The notes under the pieces were generated by a model. It saw only the letters and a program-made list of their open reading frames with translations, had not been told where the DNA came from and did not search any database. From positions 3,236 to 67,235 of the forward strand of contig CAYIYR010000004.1 in the NCBI GenBank assembly GCA_964367815.1: a DNA stretch of 64,000 nucleotides, written 5' to 3'. This document shows, in pieces, positions 39,059 to 48,260 of the stretch. How positions within the stretch are numbered: position 1 is the stretch's first letter; every line of letters starts with the position of its first letter. The DNA comes from an uncultured Eubacteriales bacterium (lineage in GTDB: Bacteria > Bacillota_I > Bacilli_A > RFN20 > UBA1709). The position numbers and the translations under genes were made by a program.

Positions 39059-39985
39059 CTATCCTCCTATTTTAACCATATCTATTTTCTGACGTTCACC
39101 AGCATCTAATTTATGACTGGCAGGCTTAGCATATATCGCTAAGCGAATTGCTTTCTCCAACTCATTCTCATTATTGAGATAATCTTTTAGATTATAAACG
39201 AGATTAGTGTGCAAGCAAGGAATAATCTCACCAAATGCAGTAATCCTTATTCGATTGCAATTCTGACAAAACTTATGAGAGATTGGTCGGATAAATCCAA
39301 CCTCAGTCCCCATATATTCATAATACTCTGCGGTATTGTCAGTATACAAGTAAGTCATTTTATGATTTCTAATTATTTCATCAGCGCTAATGTAATACTG
39401 TTTATAATATTCCTCAGTATCTTCAAAAGGCATTAATTCAATAAAGCGTAGTTTTGCATTGACACTCTTTGCAAATGTCACCAATTCATCTATCGAATTA
39501 TCATTGATTCCTCTTTGTAAAACAGTATTAAGTTTTAGCAAATACCCTAACTCAAAAGCATATTTAATTCCTGAGATAACTTCATTAACATCACCAAAGC
39601 TAATATAGCGATATTGCTTCGCATCTAGAGTGTCTAAACTTATGTTAAGTTTTCTTAATCCTGCCCCATAAAGCTCCTTCGCATACTTGTTTAACAATAA
39701 CCCATTAGTAGTCATCGCAACATTACCGTTGACCAATGGAGAAATCTGTTGAACTAAATCAACAATTCCTTTTCTCAATAAGGGTTCACCACCAGTGAGA
39801 CGAATTTTTGTAACTCCCAAGTTAACGCAGCACTTAGCGATTTTAGCAAACTCCTCGATTCTCAAAACATCATCGTGCTTAACTTTTACTTCTTCTTTTG
39901 TAACACAATAGCGACATTTAAGGTTGCATAGATCAGTTACAGATAATCGCAAGTAGTTTATTTCTCGTTGAAATTTATCTTTCAT
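39059..39985 (-). CDS. moaA: GTP 3',8-cyclase MoaA (radical SAM)
   Basis: 308 aa with CNLKCRYC radical-SAM cluster motif and C-terminal MoaA Cys motif. Confidence 0.9.
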   Translation of the reverse strand: MKDKFQREINYLRLSVTDLCNLKCRYCVTKEEVKVKHDDVLRIEEFAKIAKCCVNLGVTKIRLTGGEPLLRKGIVDLVQQISPLVNGNVAMTTNGLLLNKYAKELYGAGLRKLNISLDTLDAKQYRYISFGDVNEVISGIKYAFELGYLLKLNTVLQRGINDNSIDELVTFAKSVNAKLRFIELMPFEDTEEYYKQYYISADEIIRNHKMTYLYTDNTAEYYEYMGTEVGFIRPISHKFCQNCNRIRITAFGEIIPCLHTNLVYNLKDYLNNENELEKAIRLAIYAKPASHKLDAGERQKIDMVKIGG

Positions 39986-41859
39986 TCAATTATCCTTACC
40001 TCTCCTAAGTGCTCAATTGTATAATCTTTAAATTGTAGCAATGTTTCCTTAACTTCTTCACTTTTTAGTAGTTCAATAAATCTAACAATTCTATCATCTT
40101 TCAAATTGTCATAGGTGGTCAAGAAATCATATTCCTCATTTGCAAGAGGCACAAAGCCTAGATGCAAAGCGTTCGCAACCGAGCCAATGCCCAAGCCACA
40201 TTCAGCAACCTGATTTTCAATAGCAACACCTACTGCAAGATGAGTATTATACTCTTTTTCATAACCATTAATGGCAGACACAGGGATCTGCTCTTTTTTT
40301 AATAAGTAATCAAAAAGAACTCTGGTTCCAGATCCTCTCTGACGATTTGCGTAAGGAAGATGTCCATCAGCAATCTGCCTAATGGTTTTGATCGAAGTTG
40401 ACTTATTTTGCATAATTCCTTGAGTTCTGCCAACACCCTTAATTAAAACCATTTTTTGATTAGGAAAATATTTTTTAATATAGCTCACATTGTAGAGACC
40501 GGTTTCTTCATCAAGCAGATGAATTGGTGCAATATGACATTCGCCTTTTTGCAAAGCAATAATCCCGCCCATACTACCAACATGAGCGGAAGAAATCGGC
40601 ATTTTATCTCCGATGACATCAATCATCAGATCATGGCTACCAATAATTACTAAATTTTCTTTTATAGTTGTCAAAGGCTTACGAAGATTAATTTCTACTT
40701 CACTGCCTTCCTCTATTCCTTCACTCAAGCGGTCAATATAAACTAAGCCATCAGCTTTTACTAAAGACATAATTTGAGCAGCTCCTCTTTCTAAAGGCGT
40801 GGCTACTAACTTATTATTTACAAATCCTAGGCACATACGAACATATTCTGCATGCTTAAAAGAAGACACAATTGATCTTGTCAAAGTAGCTTTTACAGTC
40901 TGTAACTCATCAGCTGCCAGTCCTTGCATCTTAAGAATAATGGGTCTTAAAAAAAGTTCAAAAACAAGATATGCTGAAACAGGATAGCCAGGAATACCAA
41001 TGACCGGTTTACCCTGAATTATTCCAAGAATAGTTGGTTTGCCTGGCCTGATTGCAATACCATGTGCAAAAACAGTTCCTAATTTTTCTATTATTTTTAC
41101 CGTAAAATCTTTGGTCCCTGCCGATGATCCCGCATTAATTATCACTAAATCGTTCTGATCTAAAGCATCTAGAAGTGTCTTTTCTAGCAGTTCCATATTA
41201 TCATTAATTACAGGATAGCGATGCGGAATTCCACCCAATTCATCAGTTAAAGCAGCAAACATTTTTGAATTACTCTCCATTAGTTTGCCAACCCCCAGCT
41301 GATTGACATCGTCAATCATTTCTCCACCAGTGGGAATGATTCCAACTCTTGGTTTTTTATAAACATTGATGGATGTGTTAGCTGATGCATAAATAGCACC
41401 TATATCTACTGGACGTATTTTTCGCCTTGATGGGAGAATCATTTCTCCAGCCACAATGCTTTCACCTTTGACCCTAACATGCTGCCAAGGATAAGCTGGA
41501 CTGATGATTTGCACTCTATCATCGTTCAAGATAATAACATCTTCAATCATTATTACGGCATTGTATTCTCCGCTAATCGGATTACCAGTATTTACATAAA
41601 TAAAATCAACATTTTCAACTAATGTTAAAGGTTTCTGCTCGGTCGCCATTGTGGTTCGCTCAGACTTTACTGCAATACCATCCATTGCGGCAGCATTATA
41701 CATAGGATCACATAGCAGAGCATAAATGGCTTTCTTTGTTACTCGGCCTAAAGCACTAATGGTATCAATAGATTCCCCATTTAGTTCAACGTTGCCCAAT
41801 TCTTTAAGATACTCATCATAGATGCTAATATCATTGTTTTGAATATATGCCTTTCTCAC
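39982..41859 (-). CDS. moeA: Molybdopterin molybdo/tungsto-transferase MoeA fused to a C-terminal periplasmic-binding-protein-like domain
   Basis: 625 aa. MoeA core (about 400 aa, GGVSMG-like motifs) plus a roughly 200-aa PBP-like domain. Confidence 0.75.
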   Translation of the reverse strand: MRKAYIQNNDISIYDEYLKELGNVELNGESIDTISALGRVTKKAIYALLCDPMYNAAAMDGIAVKSERTTMATEQKPLTLVENVDFIYVNTGNPISGEYNAVIMIEDVIILNDDRVQIISPAYPWQHVRVKGESIVAGEMILPSRRKIRPVDIGAIYASANTSINVYKKPRVGIIPTGGEMIDDVNQLGVGKLMESNSKMFAALTDELGGIPHRYPVINDNMELLEKTLLDALDQNDLVIINAGSSAGTKDFTVKIIEKLGTVFAHGIAIRPGKPTILGIIQGKPVIGIPGYPVSAYLVFELFLRPIILKMQGLAADELQTVKATLTRSIVSSFKHAEYVRMCLGFVNNKLVATPLERGAAQIMSLVKADGLVYIDRLSEGIEEGSEVEINLRKPLTTIKENLVIIGSHDLMIDVIGDKMPISSAHVGSMGGIIALQKGECHIAPIHLLDEETGLYNVSYIKKYFPNQKMVLIKGVGRTQGIMQNKSTSIKTIRQIADGHLPYANRQRGSGTRVLFDYLLKKEQIPVSAINGYEKEYNTHLAVGVAIENQVAECGLGIGSVANALHLGFVPLANEEYDFLTTYDNLKDDRIVRFIELLKSEEVKETLLQFKDYTIEHLGEVRIIE

Positions 41860-43052
41860 AGCAATTTCACCTCCAATAGAGTATTTTTTTCAATGCCTTC
41901 CACGAAAGATGGAATAATAATGTATCCATCCGCTTGTGCTAGAATATTTATTAAGCCAGATTTATAGAACTTGGGAGTTGCAGTATAACCATTGTCATCC
42001 TTCTCAAGTTTAACTGGCATGACTGTTGCTCTTCCACTAGCACTTGGAAAATTTGTTTTAGCTCGAGCATAAATAACATTATTACTTTCACACCCATACA
42101 GACTTTCTAAACAGTCAATATAGATGAGTTGTAGAGCAACTAATGCAGCCATGGGATGCCCTGGCAAACCGACTATTAGTTTTTCATTACTTAGACCTAC
42201 CATTGTTGGCTTTCCAGGTTTCAATGCTAAACCATGAACAAGAATCTTGCCAATAGCTTCAATTGATTTTTGAGTGTAATCCCGACTGCCAACTGAACTA
42301 CCACCAGAAATAAAAACTATATCTGCTATTTCTAGGCCATGTTTAATAGTTGCAACTAATTTATCATAGTCATCGTCTATGATGGCTTTTCCGCAGAATT
42401 GACAATAATCTATTAGTTTTGTTTGTAACAAATAAGAGTTGACATCACGAATTTTTGTATCAATAACTTTTTGACTAATATCGATTATTTCATCTCCGGT
42501 TGAAATAACAAAAAATCGCGGTTTTTTATATACATTTACATATTCTATACCCGCACCAGCAAGAACACCAATACGAGCGCTATTTAGCTTTATGCCTTTC
42601 TTAAAAATGATTGAGTCTTTCCTAACATCTTCACCAATTCTTATAACATTCTCATAAGGTCGGATTGGCTGATAAACAAATACTTCTTTATCAATTTTAG
42701 TTGTGCTTTCAATCATTACTACTGCATCACAGCCGGAAGGTACCATTCCGCCAGTAGGAACGTAATAACAGTGCGCAGATTCCACTACTGCATCAGTCTT
42801 TTTACCCATCTCGATATCGCCATCATAGGCAAAGATGGCAGGCACGCTTTGACTAGCACCAAAGGTTTCATTTGAATTAAGTGCATATCCATCCATCGTT
42901 GATCGACTAAACTGAGGAATATTTTCCAAGCTTAAAACATCAGTCGCTAAAATACGATTGACGGCCTCTTCAATCTTTATTCTTTCTATTTCAAATTTTA
43001 GATGCCTTAAGACCAATTCTTGAGCATCTTTGACTTCCAATACTTTCAGCAT
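41856..43052 (-). CDS. moeA: Molybdopterin molybdenumtransferase MoeA
   Basis: 398 aa canonical MoeA, second paralog. Confidence 0.85.
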   Translation of the reverse strand: MLKVLEVKDAQELVLRHLKFEIERIKIEEAVNRILATDVLSLENIPQFSRSTMDGYALNSNETFGASQSVPAIFAYDGDIEMGKKTDAVVESAHCYYVPTGGMVPSGCDAVVMIESTTKIDKEVFVYQPIRPYENVIRIGEDVRKDSIIFKKGIKLNSARIGVLAGAGIEYVNVYKKPRFFVISTGDEIIDISQKVIDTKIRDVNSYLLQTKLIDYCQFCGKAIIDDDYDKLVATIKHGLEIADIVFISGGSSVGSRDYTQKSIEAIGKILVHGLALKPGKPTMVGLSNEKLIVGLPGHPMAALVALQLIYIDCLESLYGCESNNVIYARAKTNFPSASGRATVMPVKLEKDDNGYTATPKFYKSGLINILAQADGYIIIPSFVEGIEKNTLLEVKLL

Positions 43053-43544
43053 CTAACGTGCACACTCTTGAATCTGTTGTAATAAGGTTTGAATACCATG
43101 AATAAGAGGTTCAATAACTGACTCAAGGTTTTCTTTGCAGGCTTTTGGTGATCCGGGCAAATTAACAATAACGCTTCGATTTTTAATACCACAAACCCCG
43201 CGTGACAAAATAGCTCGATTAGTATATTTCAAGCTGTTGAAGCGCATAGCTTCCATAACTCCTGGCGCCTCTTTCTCAATAACGAAACGAGTGGCTTCAG
43301 GCGTAACATCACGTGGTGAAAAACCCGTTCCACCTGTCGTTAAAATCAATGAAATCTGTTTATCACAGCATTCTTGCAACTGAGCAATTATTTCATCTTT
43401 TTCATCAGGAATAACTTTGCAATAAACAACTTCAAAATTATATGGCTTCAATACTTCTTCTATGGCCGGCCTTGACAAGTCTTCTCGTAAACCTTGAGAA
43501 CATTTATCACTTAATGTGATAATTCCTACCGTTATTTTATTCAT
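43053..43544 (-). CDS. Molybdenum cofactor biosynthesis protein MogA/MoaB
   Basis: 163 aa MoCF_biosynth domain (GGTGFSPRD). Confidence 0.8.
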   Translation of the reverse strand: MNKITVGIITLSDKCSQGLREDLSRPAIEEVLKPYNFEVVYCKVIPDEKDEIIAQLQECCDKQISLILTTGGTGFSPRDVTPEATRFVIEKEAPGVMEAMRFNSLKYTNRAILSRGVCGIKNRSVIVNLPGSPKACKENLESVIEPLIHGIQTLLQQIQECAR

Positions 43545-43708
43545 AATATCACCAACTCTTAATATATTCTATATTACCACTCTACAGGCACTATGGTCAA
43601 CAGAACAGCAATTCATAGAGTGCAATTTCTTTTTAAAAGTGTTGCTCTGTAATTGTTTGTAACAATTATTTATGATATTATAAAAGAAAGAGTGCGAGGA
43701 TAATATAT

Positions 43709-45709
43709 ATGAAAGCATTTATTGGCAAAATACTAGTAGTTGATTTAACAACAAAAGAGATGAAAACCGAAGCAATTCCTGAAGAGATTTATTATAATTT
43801 TTTGGCAGGAAAAGGGCTAGGTGCTTGGTATTTATATAACAATATACCAGCCGGTGCTGATCCATTAGGACCAGATAATATCTTGGGTTTTACCGCCGGT
43901 GCATTAACTGGTACCGGTGCATTGCTCTGCGGACGCTGGACAGTAGTCGCTAAATCTCCACTGACTGGTGGTTGGGGCGATGCTAACTGTGGTGGCAACC
44001 TAGCACCAGCAATTAAACAATGTGGTTATGATGCCATTTTCTTCAAAGGGATTAGTGAAGCCCCTATTTACTTCTATTGTGATAATAAAGGGCCACAATT
44101 AAAGGATGCCTCTGAAGTTTGGGGAATGGACGCTACTGAAACTGAGATTAAACTTGTTAAGGACAATTGGGTAACCAAGAAGCCCCGTGTTGCTTGCATT
44201 GGTCAAGCAGGAGAGAAAATGTCTCGTATCGCTGGTATTTGTAACGATGCCGGTCGTATTGCCGCTCGTTCCGGATGTGGAGCCGTAATGGGCAGTAAAA
44301 AATTAAAAGCTATTGTTCTTGCTGGCTCAAAACCAATCCAAGTTGATAATTTTGAGGAAGTTAAGAACATTAGTAAGAAGCTGGGTACGAAGTTAAAGAA
44401 AGCCAATGCTCCCGCAATTTTAAAGGGCAATATGATTTGGATGGCTGGCTTAGCATTAGATAAAGCCAGCATGCAACTACCACTAGATGGCATCTTATTG
44501 GCGATGCTCTTTAAAAAATGGGGTACACCACTAAATACACCTATGGGCATCTATTCCGGTGATGCTCCCATTAAAAACTGGGGCGGCTCTGTTAAAGATT
44601 TCCCCGGCAAAGAGAATAAAGTATTCAATCCGGATTACATCATCAGCCGCGAGTTCAAGAAATATCATTGTTACTCCTGTGGCATGGGCTGTGGTGGCAT
44701 CTGTACATTAAAAGGTATCAAAGATTGCGAGTTTCCTGAAACTCACAAACCAGAATATGAAACAATCCAAGCCTTTGGCGGATTACTTCTTTGCAACAAT
44801 GTAGATAGTATTTTCTATATTAATGAACTTTTAAACCGCGCAGGAATGGATAGCATTTCTGCAGGTAATACTGTTGCCTTTGCTATTGAATGTTATGAAA
44901 ATGGCTTAATCACCAAGGAAGATACAAATGGTCTTGAACTTAACTGGTCAAATAGCGAGGCTGTTGTAAAACTAGTTAAAATGATGATTAATCGTGAAGG
45001 CATCGGTGATATTCTCGCTGATGGTTCACGTGTTGCTGCTAGAAAAATCGGAAAAGACAGCGAAAAATTTGCGATGAATATCGGCGGTAGCGAGCCCGGT
45101 ATGCACGATAGTCGCTACGATCCACAACTAGCTATTCACTTTGTCACTGAACCAGCACCAGGAAAACATACCATTGGCATGGAACTAGGTTATGGTACTA
45201 TGAACCTTGCCGATATATGCACTTGGGCTCCAGTCGTTAAACTAAGTCGCAAAAAGTTTGAATATGTCCCTTCCCTAGAGATGTCTATGCGAGCTGTTGC
45301 TACTTCCTGTTATTCGATGCTGACTGATGGAGCGGGTGGCTGTATGTATGCTCAGATGTTTGGAACTCAGCATTGGAATCCTTGCAATTATCTAAATGCA
45401 GCTGTCGGTTGGAATCGAAGCGGTGATGATTACATGGAAATCGGTAAGCGAATTCAAACAACAAGACAATTATTTAATATAAAGCATGGCATCGATCCTA
45501 CCAAAGTTAAGCTGCCTAAAAGAATGCAAGGTGTTCCTCCTTTAGATAAGGGACCATTAAAAGGAAAATCTTTGGAAACCGATCAAATGGTTGAATATTA
45601 TTTTGAAGGTTTCAAATGGGATAAGAAGACTGGAATTCCCACCAAGGAAGTTATTGAAGAATTAGGCTTAAATGTCTTTTTAGCAGAAGGAGGCGTCAAC
45701 AATGGCTAA
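43709..45709 (+). CDS. Tungsten-containing aldehyde:ferredoxin oxidoreductase (AOR family)
   Basis: 666 aa. AFOR N-terminal domain (ILVVDLTTKE...LGGKGLGAWYL) and C-terminal AOR domains with Cys ligands for a 4Fe-4S cluster. Confidence 0.85.
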   Translation: MKAFIGKILVVDLTTKEMKTEAIPEEIYYNFLAGKGLGAWYLYNNIPAGADPLGPDNILGFTAGALTGTGALLCGRWTVVAKSPLTGGWGDANCGGNLAPAIKQCGYDAIFFKGISEAPIYFYCDNKGPQLKDASEVWGMDATETEIKLVKDNWVTKKPRVACIGQAGEKMSRIAGICNDAGRIAARSGCGAVMGSKKLKAIVLAGSKPIQVDNFEEVKNISKKLGTKLKKANAPAILKGNMIWMAGLALDKASMQLPLDGILLAMLFKKWGTPLNTPMGIYSGDAPIKNWGGSVKDFPGKENKVFNPDYIISREFKKYHCYSCGMGCGGICTLKGIKDCEFPETHKPEYETIQAFGGLLLCNNVDSIFYINELLNRAGMDSISAGNTVAFAIECYENGLITKEDTNGLELNWSNSEAVVKLVKMMINREGIGDILADGSRVAARKIGKDSEKFAMNIGGSEPGMHDSRYDPQLAIHFVTEPAPGKHTIGMELGYGTMNLADICTWAPVVKLSRKKFEYVPSLEMSMRAVATSCYSMLTDGAGGCMYAQMFGTQHWNPCNYLNAAVGWNRSGDDYMEIGKRIQTTRQLFNIKHGIDPTKVKLPKRMQGVPPLDKGPLKGKSLETDQMVEYYFEGFKWDKKTGIPTKEVIEELGLNVFLAEGGVNNG

Positions 45710-45929
45710 GAAAAAACCGGTTTTTGACTATAGTATTTGTGTCGCTTGTGGAATTTGTGTTCAAGCTTGTCCATTTAGCACCTTAGAGTTGCAGAAAGAA
45801 GACGTTGACAAATATCATAAACCTTACCCAGAAATAGCGAGACCTAATTGCACTGGCTGTGGAATGTGTTCGCGCCAATGTCCACTAGATGCAATTAAGA
45901 TGGTTGAAGAAACAATTAATGAAGGTTAA
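45702..45929 (+). CDS. 2x[4Fe-4S] ferredoxin
   Basis: 75 aa with two CxxCxxCxxxCP motifs. Confidence 0.8.
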   Translation: MAKKKPVFDYSICVACGICVQACPFSTLELQKEDVDKYHKPYPEIARPNCTGCGMCSRQCPLDAIKMVEETINEG

Positions 45930-46155
45930 AGTATTTCCACCACTTTGGTGTAATTTTAAGAATCTAGACGACCGCGGTTGGTTGACACTTAATGATGGTG
46001 CTGTTTTAAGCGATGCATTAAAAAAAATTAGAATGGGTAGGATGATGGCCCAAATAATGCAAGTTCACCTTAATGGATTACGTGAAAAGAATCTTAAAAC
46101 GCCATTGCATGAAGGTGACACCATTAGTTTCTTTGCTATTATTGGAGGTGGCTAG
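45919..46155 (+). CDS. MoaD/ThiS-family sulfur-carrier protein (ends Gly-Gly)
   Basis: About 78 aa from MKVKVF, with C-terminal ...IIGGG. Overlaps the ferredoxin stop (translational coupling). Confidence 0.6.
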   Translation: MKVKVFPPLWCNFKNLDDRGWLTLNDGAVLSDALKKIRMGRMMAQIMQVHLNGLREKNLKTPLHEGDTISFFAIIGGG

Positions 46156-46156
46156 A

Positions 46157-46828
46157 ATGAATCAGCGTTATATTCGTAATATCGGTTCCCTAACTGCTAG
46201 TCAGCAAAAGAAGTTGTCAAAAAAGACAATCATGATTGTTGGTCTTGGTGGTTTAGGTGGTTATCTAGCCCAAGGTGCTGCCCGCTTAGGTATTGGAAAC
46301 CTAATTATCTGCGATAATGGTGTTTTTGATGTTACAAATCTGAACAGACAAGTTTTCAGCAATACAGAAAATATTGGTATTTCTAAAGTTGAAGTAACAA
46401 AAGAAGAATTGAATAAGATCAATCCCGATTGCCATGTTGTTAGTTACGATGCATCAATCACTGATATTGATATGGGTAAGATAATAATGGATTGTGATGT
46501 TGTAGTTGATGCTCTTGATGGAGTTGAAACAAGACTGATACTTGAAAAGGCTTGTAACGAGCAAAACAAGATTCTTATTCATGCTGCTGTTAATGGTTGG
46601 GTAGGTCAGATTACTACTATCTTCCCATTTGAAAATATGATTAGTAAGTTATACTGCAATAATGATTTACCAGATCATCCAAGTGTTTTGCCAATGACAG
46701 CCGCCATTGTAGCAAATTATCAGTTATCTGAAACAGTTAAAGTTTTATTATCCAAGCCTAAACTACATGGTAAGTTATTAATTATTGATCTGCAAAATTA
46801 TCGATTAAGTAAAGTAAAAACTATATAA
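46157..46828 (+). CDS. ThiF/MoeB/HesA-family E1-like adenylyltransferase
   Basis: Nucleotide-binding motif IVGLGGLGG and NLNRQ. Start at MNQRY after RBS GGAGGTGG; the ORF-track start at 46073 is rejected. Confidence 0.8.
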   Translation: MNQRYIRNIGSLTASQQKKLSKKTIMIVGLGGLGGYLAQGAARLGIGNLIICDNGVFDVTNLNRQVFSNTENIGISKVEVTKEELNKINPDCHVVSYDASITDIDMGKIIMDCDVVVDALDGVETRLILEKACNEQNKILIHAAVNGWVGQITTIFPFENMISKLYCNNDLPDHPSVLPMTAAIVANYQLSETVKVLLSKPKLHGKLLIIDLQNYRLSKVKTI

Positions 46829-46869
46829 AATAAGAAAACCGCCATCATAGCGGTTTTGTTTTTTTATAA

Positions 46870-48186
46870 CTACTTATTTTTTTGAATTGCCTTATATATC
46901 TTACGCATATCCTCACGATTCATTATCTTTGGCACAGGATATAGTGGATTTGCTTCACTTAATGCTCTTGTTATCATGGTATCAATATCTTCATCTTTGA
47001 TTCCTTCAATTTGTGTTGGAATCTTCATGTAAGCATTGTATTCACGGATAGCAGCGATAAATTTCTTAGCAAGTTCTTCATCAGTACTTCCAGTTATATT
47101 CACTTCTCTTGCAAGTTCTGCAAGTGGTTTATAAGCTGTCGATCCATAATAATCCAATACATATGGAAGTATTACCGCATTAGCTAAGCCGTGGGGAACT
47201 TGATAGAAACCACCCAAAGTATGTGCGATTGCATGGACATTGCCAACATAAGCTCTTGTAAAAGCAACTCCAGCATCATAGGCTGCAATCTGCATATTAT
47301 TTCTGGCAACCATGTTATTTGGTTCATCGTAAGCAACCTTAATGTTAGCGAAGATTAACTTGGTAGCATTAATCGCTTTGGCTCTTGTCTTTGCTGTGTT
47401 ACTGTGACCAATATAGGCTTCGACCGCATGAGTCAAAGCATCCATTCCAGTAGTTGAAGTAATATGAGGCGGCAATTTAACCGTTACGACAGGATCTAAT
47501 ACCGCATAGCGTGGTGTTAGATGAGGATCATTAACAGCATACTTTTCATGTGTTTTGCTATTAGTAACAACGGCGGCAATGGTGGTTTCGCTACCAGTAC
47601 CAGCAGTTGTAGGAATCGCAAATAGCGGTGGCAACTTATGGCCAACTTTTAAGACGCCCTTCATCTGAGGAATTGTCTTATTAGGATTCACTGCTCTTGC
47701 GCCAACCCCTTTTGCGCAGTCCATGGCTGAACCACCACCAAAGGCAACAATTACATTATGCTTATTTTCTTTATATTGTGCTAAAGCTTCCTCAATATTG
47801 TCAATAGTTGGATTTGGAACTGTCTTTGAGTAAATGGAGTATTTCAAACCCGCTTCATCCATTTTCTTGCTTAGCGTATCAATCATGCCTAATTTGTACA
47901 AAACACTGTCGGTAACGATTAAAACGCTATCCCAACCTTTGTCTTGGATAAACTTTGGTAAACTTTCAATGCAGTTTTCGCCTTTAATAATCTCTGGTTC
48001 ACTGAAATCCAAAAAATTAGTCGCAATCCGAAAAACGCCTTGATAAACTCGACAATAAAACTTGTACATTCCGCTCATATTATATAGCCCTCCTAGATAT
48101 GACATTTTCATTATACAATTAATAAAGGCATTTTTCCATAGCTTTACAACACTTAATTTCATTCTAATAATGTTGGCAGCAATCAT
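46870..48186 (-). CDS. Iron-containing alcohol dehydrogenase
   Basis: GGGSAMDCAKG motif and Fe-ADH His motifs. The true start is probably an internal Met, giving about 400 aa. Confidence 0.85.
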   Translation of the reverse strand: MIAANIIRMKLSVVKLWKNAFINCIMKMSYLGGLYNMSGMYKFYCRVYQGVFRIATNFLDFSEPEIIKGENCIESLPKFIQDKGWDSVLIVTDSVLYKLGMIDTLSKKMDEAGLKYSIYSKTVPNPTIDNIEEALAQYKENKHNVIVAFGGGSAMDCAKGVGARAVNPNKTIPQMKGVLKVGHKLPPLFAIPTTAGTGSETTIAAVVTNSKTHEKYAVNDPHLTPRYAVLDPVVTVKLPPHITSTTGMDALTHAVEAYIGHSNTAKTRAKAINATKLIFANIKVAYDEPNNMVARNNMQIAAYDAGVAFTRAYVGNVHAIAHTLGGFYQVPHGLANAVILPYVLDYYGSTAYKPLAELAREVNITGSTDEELAKKFIAAIREYNAYMKIPTQIEGIKDEDIDTMITRALSEANPLYPVPKIMNREDMRKIYKAIQKNK

Positions 48187-48260
48187 TAATACTCATCTTT
48201 ATTAATTATTATTTGCCTATCATTAAAAGTCGCTTTCCTTATTGATTAAAAAATGCTAAG

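Noticed and set aside
46073-46156. Upstream start (MDYVKR...) for the ThiF/MoeB-like gene
   Set aside because: It would overlap the MoaD-like gene by 83 nt. A proper RBS (GGAGGTGG) and ATG at 46157 give the conserved N-terminus.
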